From Saccostrea echinata (Eukaryota): 64,000 nucleotides of DNA. The DNA lies in NCBI RefSeq assembly GCF_033153115.1, contig NW_026889758.1, positions 11,160,001 through 11,224,000 on the forward strand, given 5' to 3'. The position numbers were made by a program, and so were the translations under genes. Positions 12,431-23,947 of the stretch are shown piece after piece. The stretch's first letter is position 1. Each line of letters begins with the position of its first letter. Under the pieces are notes generated by a model that saw only the letters and a program-made list of their open reading frames with translations, made no database searches and had not been told where the DNA came from.

Positions 12431-14924
12431 TATGCTTTTATTTTTATTAATGCATGTCTACATTACTATATCGATATCTTAAAATGTCATGCTTAGATCA
12501 ATATTTTCAAATCAGTATTTTAATTCGATACAATTGATAGCAATTAAATCAATCAAATAAAAGTAGGTACTTTAAATCATGTAAAATAAAACACCTGAAT
12601 GCAATGCAAAATAAGCGTATATATTATAAAGCATAACACTTTGTATATCGAAAAGACACCTAAAAATGAGACAATTTACATGTAATAACACAAGTGTAGA
12701 GACCTATACGCTTCCATAATTAGGTGCATCGTTTCAATGTAATATCAGAATTTTTGAGTATGAGCATTATTTTCTCTGTATTAAATTGTCAACATATTTT
12801 TGGCGGTCAACCAGAAAAAATAATCATTTGTCACTGTAGTTATAAACTGACTTTACATAGACAGTAATTGGAAAGAAAACAGTTAATTAGTTCCTGGTGT
12901 TGTGTTATAACAACAAATTATTTGTTTTATGACACTTGCACCTATAATTGCGACAAAATTTTACTTTCTGAGAAAATGTCAGTTATGATCCTATACTCCC
13001 TTTACAGTTTTTTTTATTAGATGATCTGTAGATGGTTAAATGAAGGAAAAAAGTAAAGAATTCATCAACAAAGTATTGCAAGGAGAAAAAATAGCGAAAT
13101 GCATCTCTAAAAATGTGAATGTTTCAGTTGTGTTTCACCTTGAGTCTTAAAAATAAGATGAATTAGAGATATATGTAATAAACAAAAACGTAAGGTTACT
13201 GGTTTAAAGAGAGATGTAGAGATTTGTTTAGAATTTACAAAGAGAAACTGTTTTCATTCAATAGATGCAGAAGTCATTTTAATAGACAATTATTGATTGA
13301 ATGTAAAAACGATTATAAAAAATATATGTATAAGGCAAAATGTGAGTTTATGCGATGTCAAGGTAGCCAGTTAGAATATCTGAGGCGCACTTCGCCAAGA
13401 GAATTTTTAAATTTTTTTTAAGAATCGTAGGCCAGAAAACAAGTGTAATCGTAAGAATTTTATGAACATTTCAGAAACCTAGGAGTCTGTAAAGATGTTA
13501 CATATACTGATTTTTCGAATACAGTATATGATATGAGTGCTGTATTTGATGAACTAGATGTTAATATAACTGTTGAAGAGGTTGTAGATGTTATAAACTG
13601 TTTAAAAAGCAGAAAATCGCCAGGAAAAGATAATTTGATAAATGAGTATTTTAAATATATGTGTGAAGACCTAAGCCCACTTTTAACAAGAATATTTAAT
13701 GTTATTTTTGACACAGGAAACATTCTTCTTAGATGGTATGAAGGTGAAATAGTACCTATCCTTAAAAAGGCAGACCCAAATGTAACAGGTGACTATAGGG
13801 GGCATTACCCTCATGAGTTGTATGTTAAAAATATTTACTATACTTAATAATAGACTGATGAAATGGTCCGAGACTAATTCTGTTTTAACTGATGCACAGT
13901 TTGGATTTAGACCCTTTCGAATGGGAAAAAGCTCTACTGTTGTTTTGTGGACTACTGTAAGGCATTCGACAGTATTAATAGAAATTATCTTTTCAAAAAG
14001 CTCATAACATTAGGGATCAAGGGGAAAATCAAAAGCTCATAACATTAGGAATCAAGGGGGAAACGTTTAAAAGTATATGGTCTCTGTATAAGAATGTTAG
14101 GAGTTGTGTGGAATACAAAAACAATTATAGTGACTTTTTTAGAGTAGAACAAGGAGTCCTTCAGGGAGAAGCACTGTCTCATTAACTTTTTTTCTTTATA
14201 TTTAAATGATTTTGAAAATGCTTTTATCAAATCTAATTGTCAAGATATAAATCTCCAAAAAGTATCATTGTTTTTCATGTTATATGCAGATGACATGGTA
14301 TTATTTTCCGATTCTCATGAGGGATTACAAAAAATGCTTGATGTGCTTTACTCATATTGTAATGATTGGAAAATATCTGTAAATGTAAGTAAAACTAAAA
14401 TAGTAGTATTTAGGAAATCTAGTCGATTGAATCAAAATTTTAATTGGTATTATAATGATGAAGAAGTTGAAGCTGTCAATCAGTTTACTTATCTTGGTCT
14501 CACTCTGACATACAAAATCTCAGGTAAAATTGGCTACTCAAGGGAGGAAATGTATGTTTAAACTTTTGAAGTCAATGAAGAATGTGCATTTTAATTATGT
14601 TGCTCATTTATCTTTGTTTGATACTTATGTAAGTAGTATATTGAATTACGCAAGTGAAATATGGCAATTCCACAAAGGTTATGCTATAGAGAAAATACTT
14701 TTAGAATATCTCAAAATTATGGTGAAAGATAGAAAAAATAACTCATCGTTGATTATCTATAATGAACTTGGTCGCTTACCTCTTTTTATTCAAAGGAAAA
14801 TTCGCATTCTAAAATTTTGGTTAAAATTATTGGAGTCAGAAAATTGTATATTGAAAAGTATTTACCAAGATATGCTTGAAAGACTTGAGACAAGTCCTTG
14901 TACAAAACATAACTGGTTACTTAA

Positions 14925-15592
14925 GGATATCCGATCCTCAGCCAGGAAGGATAACTCTTAAATTTATTATTTTATTTAAAAAGTCTCAAAATGAAGCTTG
15001 AAAATGAGATCTTTTCGTGCAACAATTTTCATTTTATGCATCTAAATGTGATTCAAGGTTCTTTGAAGCCTTAGAAACGGTCTTGTTAAAAGTTGACATT
15101 TGTACCCCATAAAAGAAAAAAATGAATTCATTTTTAGAGAAATTTAATTTCCTTTAGTCTAGCATTAGATACGACTGCTTATTAGCATGATATGAAATTA
15201 GAAGTGATATGTGATGTCTAGCAATGATAGCACAAGCTTTTTATACTATGTATTATATGAAAATTGAGGTAAAAAGAGGAAATAAAATACTGTATAAGCA
15301 TAAAAAAGATATAATTTTCTCTAAATGCCTGGATACCTATATTTATCTATCCTAAATTATATTTGTTGATCAATTTTCAAGTAGAAAATGCATAGCTGGT
15401 GTTTTTATTCGCATTTCTTGAAAATATATTTGAGATTTGATAATTTTCCCTATATAATATGATTAACTATAATGATGAACATTGAAGAAATTCCATGGGT
15501 AAATTCACGTTACTATGTGAAATCAGAGACATTTTTGTGAGCATTTTCAATTACTTAAAAGCTGATTTTCAGAACCTGAGGATCGGACTACC
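14925..15592. mobile_element. TTAA-targeting MITE (Kolobok-like) nested in the LINE
   Basis: TTAA TSD at 14921-14924 and 15593-15596; TIRs ggatatccgatcctcag / ctgaggatcggactacc (GG..CC termini); empty site preserved in the inverted LINE copy at ~16505-16512. Confidence 0.85.
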
Positions 15593-15668
15593 TTAATGTA
15601 ATATTTTTACTATTTTCCTTACGGTTTGGAGAAGCTTGGAATTGTCAAAATATTACAAACAAAGTTTT

Positions 15669-16184
15669 AAGGTTTTTAAAAAGTTTGGTTTTTCAATGAA
15701 TAAAGATCGTGCATAAAAATTCAGATTAATAACAAATATCTTTTATTATCTATAATTAATAAAAAGTCATTATCATCAATTAAGAAACAAAAACATTCTT
15801 TTTAATACAATTTACCTTTCTTGATCTTCTGCCGATAAAACCTTCATGTCTTCCAAGAATGACGCCATTATTGAGTCCATTAAATCCTTGACTGGCGGCG
15901 GCAGAAGAAGCAGCGGCAGCCTGACCAGCGGCGGCAGCACTAGCAGCAGCAGCAGACCCACCTCCAACACCATGAAAAGGGTATTGGAAGTAGTTTCTGG
16001 AATACTGATTAAAGTAGTAGCCGGGGAAGTTGTAGTATTGTTGTCCCTGGTAATAATACCCAGGATAGGTATAGTATGTTGCAACGTTTAGTCCACTTGC
16101 AGCAGCAGCAGTGGCAGCAGCACCGTTTCCTGCGGCAGCATGCAGAGGAGGCGGCAGCATTTTGTCTGGCAGCGGCAGCAGCAG
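15669..16184 (-). pseudogene. Inverted 516-bp duplicate of shelk2-like locus A (8495-9010)
   Basis: Reverse complement matches 8495-9010 with about 3 mismatches; includes the frameshift and part of intron 2; lacks promoter, start and last exon. Confidence 0.95.
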
Positions 16185-16561
16185 ACTAAGTGCACATTTA
16201 TTAATGATTGAGAAGGGAAGATTTACTAGATCTTCCCTTCTCAATCATTGATAAATGTGCACTTAGTCTATATTTTGAATATACTTGGTTGGAATTTGTT
16301 TCATTAAGTAGGATTGCATGCACAGCTTATTTGTTAGATATCTATACACAGAACACTTTGGTGACAAGAAAAAAAGCCTCGCATTCTTGTTGAAAACAGT
16401 CAGTTAATCTTTGTTAATTTTTTTTTAAAAAACATATTTTTGTTTGTAATATTTTGATAATTCCAAGCTTCCCCAAACCGTAAGGAAAATAGTAAAAAAA
16501 ATTACAATAAGTAACCAGTTATGTCTTATACAAGGACTTGTCTCAAGTCTTTCAAGCATAT
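16183..16561. repeat. Fold-back inverted duplication of LINE sequence with 87-bp hairpin at 16183-16269
   Basis: agactaagtgcacatttattaatgattgagaagggaagat mirrors atcttcccttctcaatcattgataaatgtgcacttagtct; ~16437-16561 is the reverse complement of 14870-14924 joined to 15597-15663. Confidence 0.9.
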
Positions 16562-17757
16562 TCAGGTATTCCTAGAGAGAATAGATCTTGTTTTTTCAGT
16601 CAATTAGAGGTTGAAGATGAGTACCATTTTATTTTGAAATGTTCACTTTATCATGAGTACAGGAAATTGTATATTAAAAAGTATTACTGGTATAGACTTG
16701 TATGCATAAACTTTTACAATTATTATCAACTGAAAATGTGAGTGAACTAAGTAATATAGGAAAATTCCTACAGAAAGCAGAAGCACTTAGAGATTCACAT
16801 CTGTAAACTAAGGATTTTTTTCTTTAATATTTGGTTAGAAATACCGGGTATTGTACACAAATAATATTATGTTAAAACAAGTGTATGTAAATATTTTATG
16901 TATATACATTTTGTATTTTGTAATTGTCTAATGAGTATGTAATCTGATAAGCCATATGGCTTAAGGAATAAATAAATAAACAAACAAGAGAGAGAGAAAA
17001 AACTGCCATAAGATTGAAAGAAAAAGCACAAAACTCAGAACAAAACGAAGGATAATAAAACATCCACATACATCATTGTTTTTTTTTAATATTGTTCTAC
17101 GAATGATATATTTTTAGCATTATGGTAGACCTGCGCAAAGTGAAAATAAAATATAAATGCATGGAATTAACCATTTGAAAAACATTTCAATAAAAGTTGA
17201 AAACGTGCAGGTGCAAGTGTTCGCTAATTATTAATAATATTTTATTGTACTGGCAATGATTCGATCGTTAAAAGTTTTTTCTTTAACTACTGCATATGAT
17301 TAACTTTTTCCTTAGAAGATAATAAAATGACAATTTTATTAGTTTTAAAATACTGACTTCTTTTTATTTCTGTTATGACATTCATTTATAGTTAAATTAT
17401 TAATTTGAACGTCAGGTAAATTTTAATTACTAACCTTCTATTATTTTAATTATGATTAAAAACTGATGAGTTGACAATTCATATTTATAGAACAATTAAA
17501 TTTAAGATACTTGGCATGGCAAATGAATAATAACATCACTATAGTGTATAAATTGGGGGGGGGGGGGGGGGAGGGGACAATAAAAACTATGAACAACTTA
17601 CATTTAACTCTTTATTCTCATAAGTGAATATGTACATGTACATGTTATTATGACACCAACATTTTTCTTGCAGATATTTCACAAGATATGTGTATTTTAT
17701 GTTCATGGAAATTAAATAACAATCCCCAAGTTTTCACAATTACTTCATATGCATCAA

Positions 17758-18099
17758 GACCGTCACGGTAGCTTAGTCGATAGAGCTCTCGCTTCGTGAT
17801 AGGAAGATCGTGTGGTCGAATCAATGTCGCGACTGACCTAAGTCGATAAAAATTAGGTAGCAACTGTTCCTTCGCCAAGCGCTCGGCACTTTGAAGAGAA
17901 AGTTGCTGGTCTTTCTGATGAGACCTTAAAAACCGAGGCCCCGTGTCACGGTAGGCGTTGGCACGATAAAGAACCCTCACTGCTCAATGGCAATGAGTGC
18001 GGAGTAAAGGTCCAAATTTGCAGTCCTTTTCCGGTATATGGTGATGTCTCTAGATGAGTAAAAAATTCTCGAACGGGACGTAAATCAACACACAATCAA
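17758..18099 (+). mobile_element. tRNA-derived Meta-core SINE, full length
   Basis: Head gtagcttagtcgatagagc, core gatgagaccttaaaaaccgaggccccgtgtc...gcacgataaagaaccc; 13-bp TSD tcatatgcrtcaa at 17745 and 18100. Confidence 0.9.
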
Positions 18100-18284
18100 T
18101 CATATGCGTCAATTTATGAATGTTTTGAAGGGAGTGGGTTTCTTTCATTATGTAGTCAATCATAAATATTTTTCCTCGACAATTCATTCTGGAAGTATTG
18201 TTAAACAATCTTCCTTTTAACTTCGGTACTACTCTCACATTAAACGTATGAATGAATTTTCTTCCACAAAATTACTTTGATTAA

Positions 18285-18710
18285 AATTATTCTGATTCTG
18301 CATACAAGTACCCATAAATTGATATTAAAAAGATGCTGAAGTTCCTTATTGACAATATCTATACAGTTTTTGGAGACTAGGTCTTCAAACAATCTATTGG
18401 AATTCTGATGGACACTAATTTGGTTCTTGTATTTACTATATATTATATTAGTTATATTCCTATGAAGCAGGATTTATTTTTTTTTTTTTAAAAGACTTTT
18501 TGCTGTGACTTTCACCTCAACATTAAGATATATCGACGACGTTTTATTATTTTACAATAGTTACTTTCATTCATATTTGGATGTTTATCTGACTATAGAA
18601 CAGATCCCACCTCTGATGTTTACAAGAGTCCATGTTTTTGCCTTGTTCACGATTCATTTTGTCTACTGTATTTATGAGATTGATCATTGTTCGCCTTCTT
18701 CATCTTTCAC
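18285..18710 (+). mobile_element. Penelope-like element fragment (RT piece plus 3' end)
   Basis: DIKKMLKFLIDNIY, QSIGI, TLRYIDDVL motifs, then the gatcccacctctg...gattgatcattgttcg 3' end shared with other copies. Confidence 0.75.
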
Positions 18711-18711
18711 A

Positions 18712-18823
18712 CTCTTCAAGTGGAGGACTAAACACCGGATTCTTCAACACTGGAGGTCTCAACACAGGAATGTTCGGTCTTGGAGGTGGGTCTGCTGCCT
18801 CTGCTGCTACACAAAGTGCTGCT
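18712..18823 (+). pseudogene. Orphan shelk2-like fragment (type B)
   Basis: SSSGGLNTGFFNTGGLNTGMFGLGGGSAASAA; about 90% identical to 23217-23303. Confidence 0.85.
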
Positions 18824-19641
18824 AAATTTTGTTTTTCATTTAAGGATACGATAGTAAAAAAAATCGGTTGTGAAGTGTTTTTTTGAAAAACGAAATTTCC
18901 TCTATTTTTTTCAACTTCGTTAATATACCGTTCACAGATATTTATCATCATGAAATGCTAGTAGTAATTAATAATATATTTACAAAGATGATACAAAGAA
19001 CACCTTGATTTGATTAAAATACCACATCTGATAATTAAACAATAAGTGATTTTCAAAATTGACATTTCCCTGAATGGAAAATTTAAGAAAACCAATTCGA
19101 TCATAAAACCCATGCAATTGAATAAATTTTAATTAAACCAGAGGGTTATTTTGTGCACATAATGAACAAAAATTACCATGAATGCAATTAAGGTGTATAC
19201 AATAATGTTACCAAAATTAACAGCAATTAAATGAGAATGATTAGCATCAAATTCCCCTTTCTTTTCGACTGCCTCCTTATATTTAAATGCCCATGGAAAA
19301 GATATTGGAAAGTGTTGATAGAAATTATTATATAGAAAATAAACATGCAATTTTCCGTAATAAGAAATAAAATATGACGATATAGTAACTTATGTAATCT
19401 CTGGCCATTAGACAGAAGATGCAGTTTAACGATGGGCAATATCACTGGTATAGTTTTATAAATATTTGACATGAAAATTTGATATGATGTTTGTAAAGAA
19501 AAGAAAACCACACGTAAATAAAAAGTTTGATCGCCTCTTATTTATCATTAAAAAACTGGAAGTTATGATTTAGGCTGTTTAAATAAAGCTTGGATGTATT
19601 TATATCGATAAAAATGAAAAACACTTAGTTTATACCATATT

Positions 19642-19688
19642 CACACACACACACACACACACACCCTCACAGACACACACACACACAG
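19642..19688. repeat. (CA)n microsatellite, interrupted
   Basis: Direct reading. Confidence 0.9.
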
Positions 19689-20574
19689 AGAAAGAAAGGG
19701 GGGGGGGGTCAGCGCCTATCATAAAATCGTTTTTTTTTTTTTTTTCGAGATAACATGTAGTTCGCAATTTATCTATTAAGGGAAAAAGGAAAAAATAAAG
19801 AAAATGAAATAATGGAAACAAAGCATACACAAAGGAAAACAACAAAAAATAACGACCAAAACAAAACACAGAAAGGAAAAACTAAACACAAATAAAACGA
19901 AACCGAATAGGAAGAAAATTGAATCAAACAAAAATTACTAAAACAATGTTTTTAAAAAAGTTGAACAAAAATAAACCCAATATTAAATTCAACAAAACAG
20001 TTTATACTGTAATAATTAAAACGCACAATAAATAATTAAAGACATACATTAAAAAATGAAATGCATGATTTTATAAGTTTGATAATCGATAACAGTTGTA
20101 TTTAAGCAGCTGCCACAGAAGGAAATACAACCTTTTTGGTGAATTTGGTGCTCTTAAGGATGGATTAAAAATAGTTGAGTGGCAATATACGAAACATCCA
20201 TCCTTCTGCATTTTGCCTATAGTAATTCTGATGTGATTAAAGATTTAGACAGATTACTTTTTGATATGTAGATTACAAGATCAATAAGAACTTGTCCTAG
20301 CTGACAAGGCACGTATCAGGATAGGCTCACTATTACAATTGCGTTTCAGAAAAACTTTGATTTAAATGTACGATTGGTGTTCAAACTTTTACTCGAATTC
20401 CTTGTCAAAGGGAGATGTTCTTTAAAATCTTATTTTCAACACGCCTAGCAACCTTTAATTCGACAATCAGGATTTCAACAACCTCTTTAAGTCAACTTTT
20501 CGCACATTTTATTGTCTTATAATAACCATGTTTGTAAATACAACCTAACTTTTTGTCGTACATATTTAATACCA

Positions 20575-21240
20575 TTTGTTAGGTCTTTGTTTTTACATTA
20601 AATTTGACTACGGAGTACCCCGTGGACCTTAACAATACGTAGGGCTCACGGTGGGTATGACAGGTCAGCAGGGGATACCATGCTTACTCCTCTTAGGCAC
20701 CTGATCCTTTTTCCAGGGGTACGTGTTTTCGTCCTGTTTACGATTCAATTTTTTTCTTGTTTTATGAAATTGATCACTGTTCATTATCTTCAAATTTTAC
20801 ATAAGATGCATCGACCATACTTTATCAATTAACTATGTTCATTTTCATTCATATATTGATTCGGTATATCCTGTGAACTCAAAATAAAAGACACAACAGA
20901 ATCAGACATATATTTTTATGTTAGGATGTTTTAATTTTGAAAGATACTGATAGCAAACTAACAATTCAACCTATTGATAAACATGATCAACTTTTCAATC
21001 GTCAATTTCCCTCGTCAATTAATGCAGCAATATATCAGTATCGCCTGCATTTGTTGTTTATCTCTCCCAGTTAAATTTCCAAATTGAGACAGGCTACAGA
21101 CAAATAAGTTGATGAAGCAAGGGTTTCAAGAATCTCATTTAAATTAGCATTACGTTAATTCTATGATCAATACAGAGACCTTATTGGCAAATACAGCCGT
21201 CTTTAGGTCGAACGTTGACTGATGATTTTAATTAGAGACT
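20575..21240 (+). mobile_element. Penelope-like fragments (3' end followed by RT piece)
   Basis: 3' motif ggtcagcagggg...ttactcctcttaggcacctgatcc; then decayed IKDTTES and IVNFP coding remnants. Confidence 0.65.
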
Positions 21241-21269
21241 GTTTGCCCTGAGCAGTGGCTCACTTATGA

Positions 21270-21596
21270 ATATTTTTATGTTGAAGTACTAGAAATGTTG
21301 ACAAAAATTTTAGATCAAAAACTTATGTTAATAACTAGCATAAATATGTTGCATGTCTACAAAAATTATCTCGTATTTTGACATTATTAAGTTGAATGAA
21401 AACAAAATGATGTTGCATCTTGGATGCAAGATGTTATATTCTGGCGTGAATAAGTAAATGTACAAATATTAAAACCAAATTTTTCTAAAAGGATTCCTCA
21501 CTTGCATTTCAACATAATTATAATGCATGTTGACATAAATATTTTGCATGTTGACATACTTATCTTGCATGTAGAGGGTAGAAATATGCCTTCATA
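21270..21596. mobile_element. Degenerate MITE with internal tgcatgttgacata repeats
   Basis: Repeated (tg)catgttgacata units and terminus atcttgcatgtagagggtagaaatatgccttcata. Confidence 0.45.
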
Positions 21597-22130
21597 CGTA
21601 CATGAAAATTGTTTCAAAGCTAATAGGTATTTAAAGATAAAGAATAATACTTACCCAAAAACAAGAATGACCAAAGTTTAATTCAAACCAAAAAAGGACT
21701 TTCTGCATCTTGTTGCATATTATATCAGTATATGTCATTGTATAGTACATATAACATACCAGTGTACATTTGTCTCAATTCATATGTTTCAAATATTTTT
21801 ACAATTTTTTTTTAAATATGACGTGATTCGTGGATTTTAAGTTTGAAATCAAAATATTATTTGTTGTCAAAATTATGTTTTATGTGTACACTTTTCTTTT
21901 CTATTTTTCTATTTTTCTAATTCTGGGTCTATTTGGTTCTTGTGTCTTTCAATGACCATTCCTTCAATTGTGATAAAAATATTATTGAAATGTCAACCTG
22001 CATGTTCATGTAACCAGCAATTACGACCACCAACATTTAAATTACATTAGAGTGTAGGGTTTTGATCGACTCGACGAAGAACTGAGCAGATTTTTTAGGC
22101 AAGAGAAGATTTATTTTGCACGGGAAAAAA

Positions 22131-22254
22131 CTCTTGAAACTTAAAATGAATCCAGGAAATAAAATTACCTGTAGAAGTATCAATGGATTTTGATTACGTG
22201 CAAGTGGTTGGAAATTAATAGCCTTATTATGCAATGACAAAGAATAACTCATTT
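22131..22254 (+). promoter_or_regulatory. Conserved distal upstream block (candidate enhancer) of gene B1
   Basis: About 89% identical over ~124 bp to 39737-39859 upstream of gene B3, while neighbouring DNA aligns poorly. Confidence 0.45.
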
Positions 22255-22792
22255 AATTTTTTTTAAGTGAGACAAGCACAATTGTGACACGCACCTTTGA
22301 AGTACAATCTTCTCCCATAATCATAAATCTAATTTGAGCACATCATATATCATTTAACAAGAAAGAAAATAAATGAGTTGAAACAACCAGTAACACCGAC
22401 TTCATGTTAAAATATAAATAAATTAAATCCCATTCATCAATGTACATATAGAGAGAAAAAATGAAATAAATAAGAAAATAAATAAATAAAAAAAATTATC
22501 CTGTATAAATCATTTCATAAGTCCAAATCGTTTTTTAAAGTTGTTTGCTTAAGATACTGTTGGTGAAAAATCTGGTGAAAAAGAAGTATTAATTTATTTA
22601 TAAGAAATGTCTTGAAAAAAAAATTCTGCGTTACGCATAATTTATTAAGATTTGGCAGTTCACAACTAACTTTTAATAATGACCAACTCCAAGGAATGTT
22701 GATGTCATCCTGTCAATCATAATACTCTTCCTTAAAACTTAATTTTAGTTATTATTAAAACAAGAAATTAATCACATTCACCGCCCTTCCGT

Positions 22793-22846
22793 GTGACGTA
22801 ACCATTTGGAAACTATATAAACATCGATAATTCGAAAATTCTGTAC
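22793..22846 (+). promoter_or_regulatory. Core promoter of gene B1
   Basis: tgacgtaa 22794, tatataaa 22814, ctgtac 22841; exon 1 donor aag|gtaaga at 22882/22883. Confidence 0.8.
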
Positions 22847-23045
22847 AAACAGTGGTTGCCTTCAGAAGACCGTTCAAGCAAGGTAAGATTACAGCTATAA
22901 GATATTAGTAACACTACAGTTATTCTAGATACTGTTAATAAAATTCCTATAAATGAATCAATTCCTACCAAAAAAGATCATAACACTCTACATGGTAATA
23001 TTATTTTTCTCATAAATAAATAATTGAACTTTTTTTCAACAGAAA

Positions 23046-23947
23046 ATGTTGAGACTCATCTCCATTGCCTGTATCGTTGCCTGCGTCTTCGCAGACTCTT
23101 ACCCAAAGGGTGACTATTACCCTAAGAATGACTACTATGGTGGATGTGGAAAATATGGATGCACATACGGTATCCACTCTCAAGGTCCCTATGGTAACTT
23201 TGGAGGAATAGTCAGCTCTACAAGTGGAGGACTTAACACCGGATTCTTCGGCACTGGAGGTCTCAACACAGGATTGATCGGTCTTGGAGGTGGATCTGCT
23301 GCCGCAAGCGCTGCCGCCGCCGGAGATGCTGCCGCTGCTGCTAGCGCAGCCGCTGCAGGACAAAATGCTGCCGCTGTTGCCGCTGCCGCCGCTGCCAATG
23401 GAGCAGCTGCTTCATCTGCTGCTGCCACCGGAGGTTTTGGATTGAACATTGCTCCATACTACTTCAATCAACCAGGATATTTCTATAATTTCCCAGGACA
23501 GTATGGAAACTTTGGTCAATACTACACCTATCCCAGACATTACTACAACAGTTTCCCCATCTTCAATAACTACGTCCCATATTTTGGTCTCGGAAGTGGA
23601 TCCTCCGCTGCTGCTAGTGCTTCTGCTGTTGGTGGAAGTTCTGCTGCTTCTGCTGGTGCTTCTGCAGGTGGATTTGGTGGATTCAACGGAATTTATGACG
23701 GAATCTTCCTCGGAGGATCAAGACGTAATTTCAGAAGAAGACACAGCAAGGTATGATTTAAACATCATTTGTAAGTCTTAACTTAGCGTCTCTCGAACGT
23801 CTTTATTTCGTTTTCTATCGAACAAGTTGAACCCTAGTTTAATTAACATAGTATATTAATATAATTTCCATATATATATTATCTATATTTTAATTTTACA
23901 AATAATTATGTGCTTATTGTTCTCTGCATATATTTCAGGTGTACTAA
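23046..23947 (+). CDS. shelk2: Shelk2-like secreted silk-like shell-matrix protein B1 (237 aa; coding 23046-23750 + 23939-23947)
   Basis: Signal peptide MLRLISIACIVACVFA, YPK/DYY N-terminus, GGLNTG repeats, poly-Ala blocks, Tyr/Phe/Asn-rich domain, basic tail RRRHSKVY. Intron 1 22883-23042, intron 2 23751-23938 (GT-AG), aataaa 23999. Family assignment from recall. Confidence 0.92.

Larger units (their letters stand above)
13025..16986 (+). mobile_element. Decayed, 5'-truncated, rearranged non-LTR retrotransposon (LINE ORF2, tentatively RTE-X-like)
   Basis: Frameshifted RT pieces: KSPGKDNL, YRG/ITLMS, QFGFR, LQGEALS, LYADDMVLF, FTYLG, YNELGRLPL, C-terminal IPRENR..EDEYHFILKC; (aaat/aaac)n tail at ~16966-16986; 5' boundary approximate. 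Confidence 0.9.

Noticed and set aside
13224-14961. Functional reverse transcriptase gene
   Set aside because: Multiple frameshifts, stops, a ~35-bp tandem duplication near 13995-14065 and nested insertions; decayed LINE
15780-16244. 154-aa minus-strand ORF as an intact gene or retrocopy
   Set aside because: Start lies in the LINE hairpin, there is no signal peptide or promoter, and the copy retains intron sequence
17915-17922. Hammerhead ribozyme core CTGATGAG in a SINE
   Set aside because: Other copies read cggatga or cagatga here, and no matching GAAA/stem arrangement is evident
23010-23449. Antisense ORFs over the B genes (also 34509-34984, 40661-41139) and over locus A (8415-8833)
   Set aside because: Shadow frames of GCN/GGN-rich coding sequence; their conservation follows from the sense-strand genes
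23449-23781. Alternative-frame Leu-rich ORFs (also 8595, 9660, 34984, 41139)
   Set aside because: Off-frame reading of poly-Ala codons; no independent start or promoter evidence
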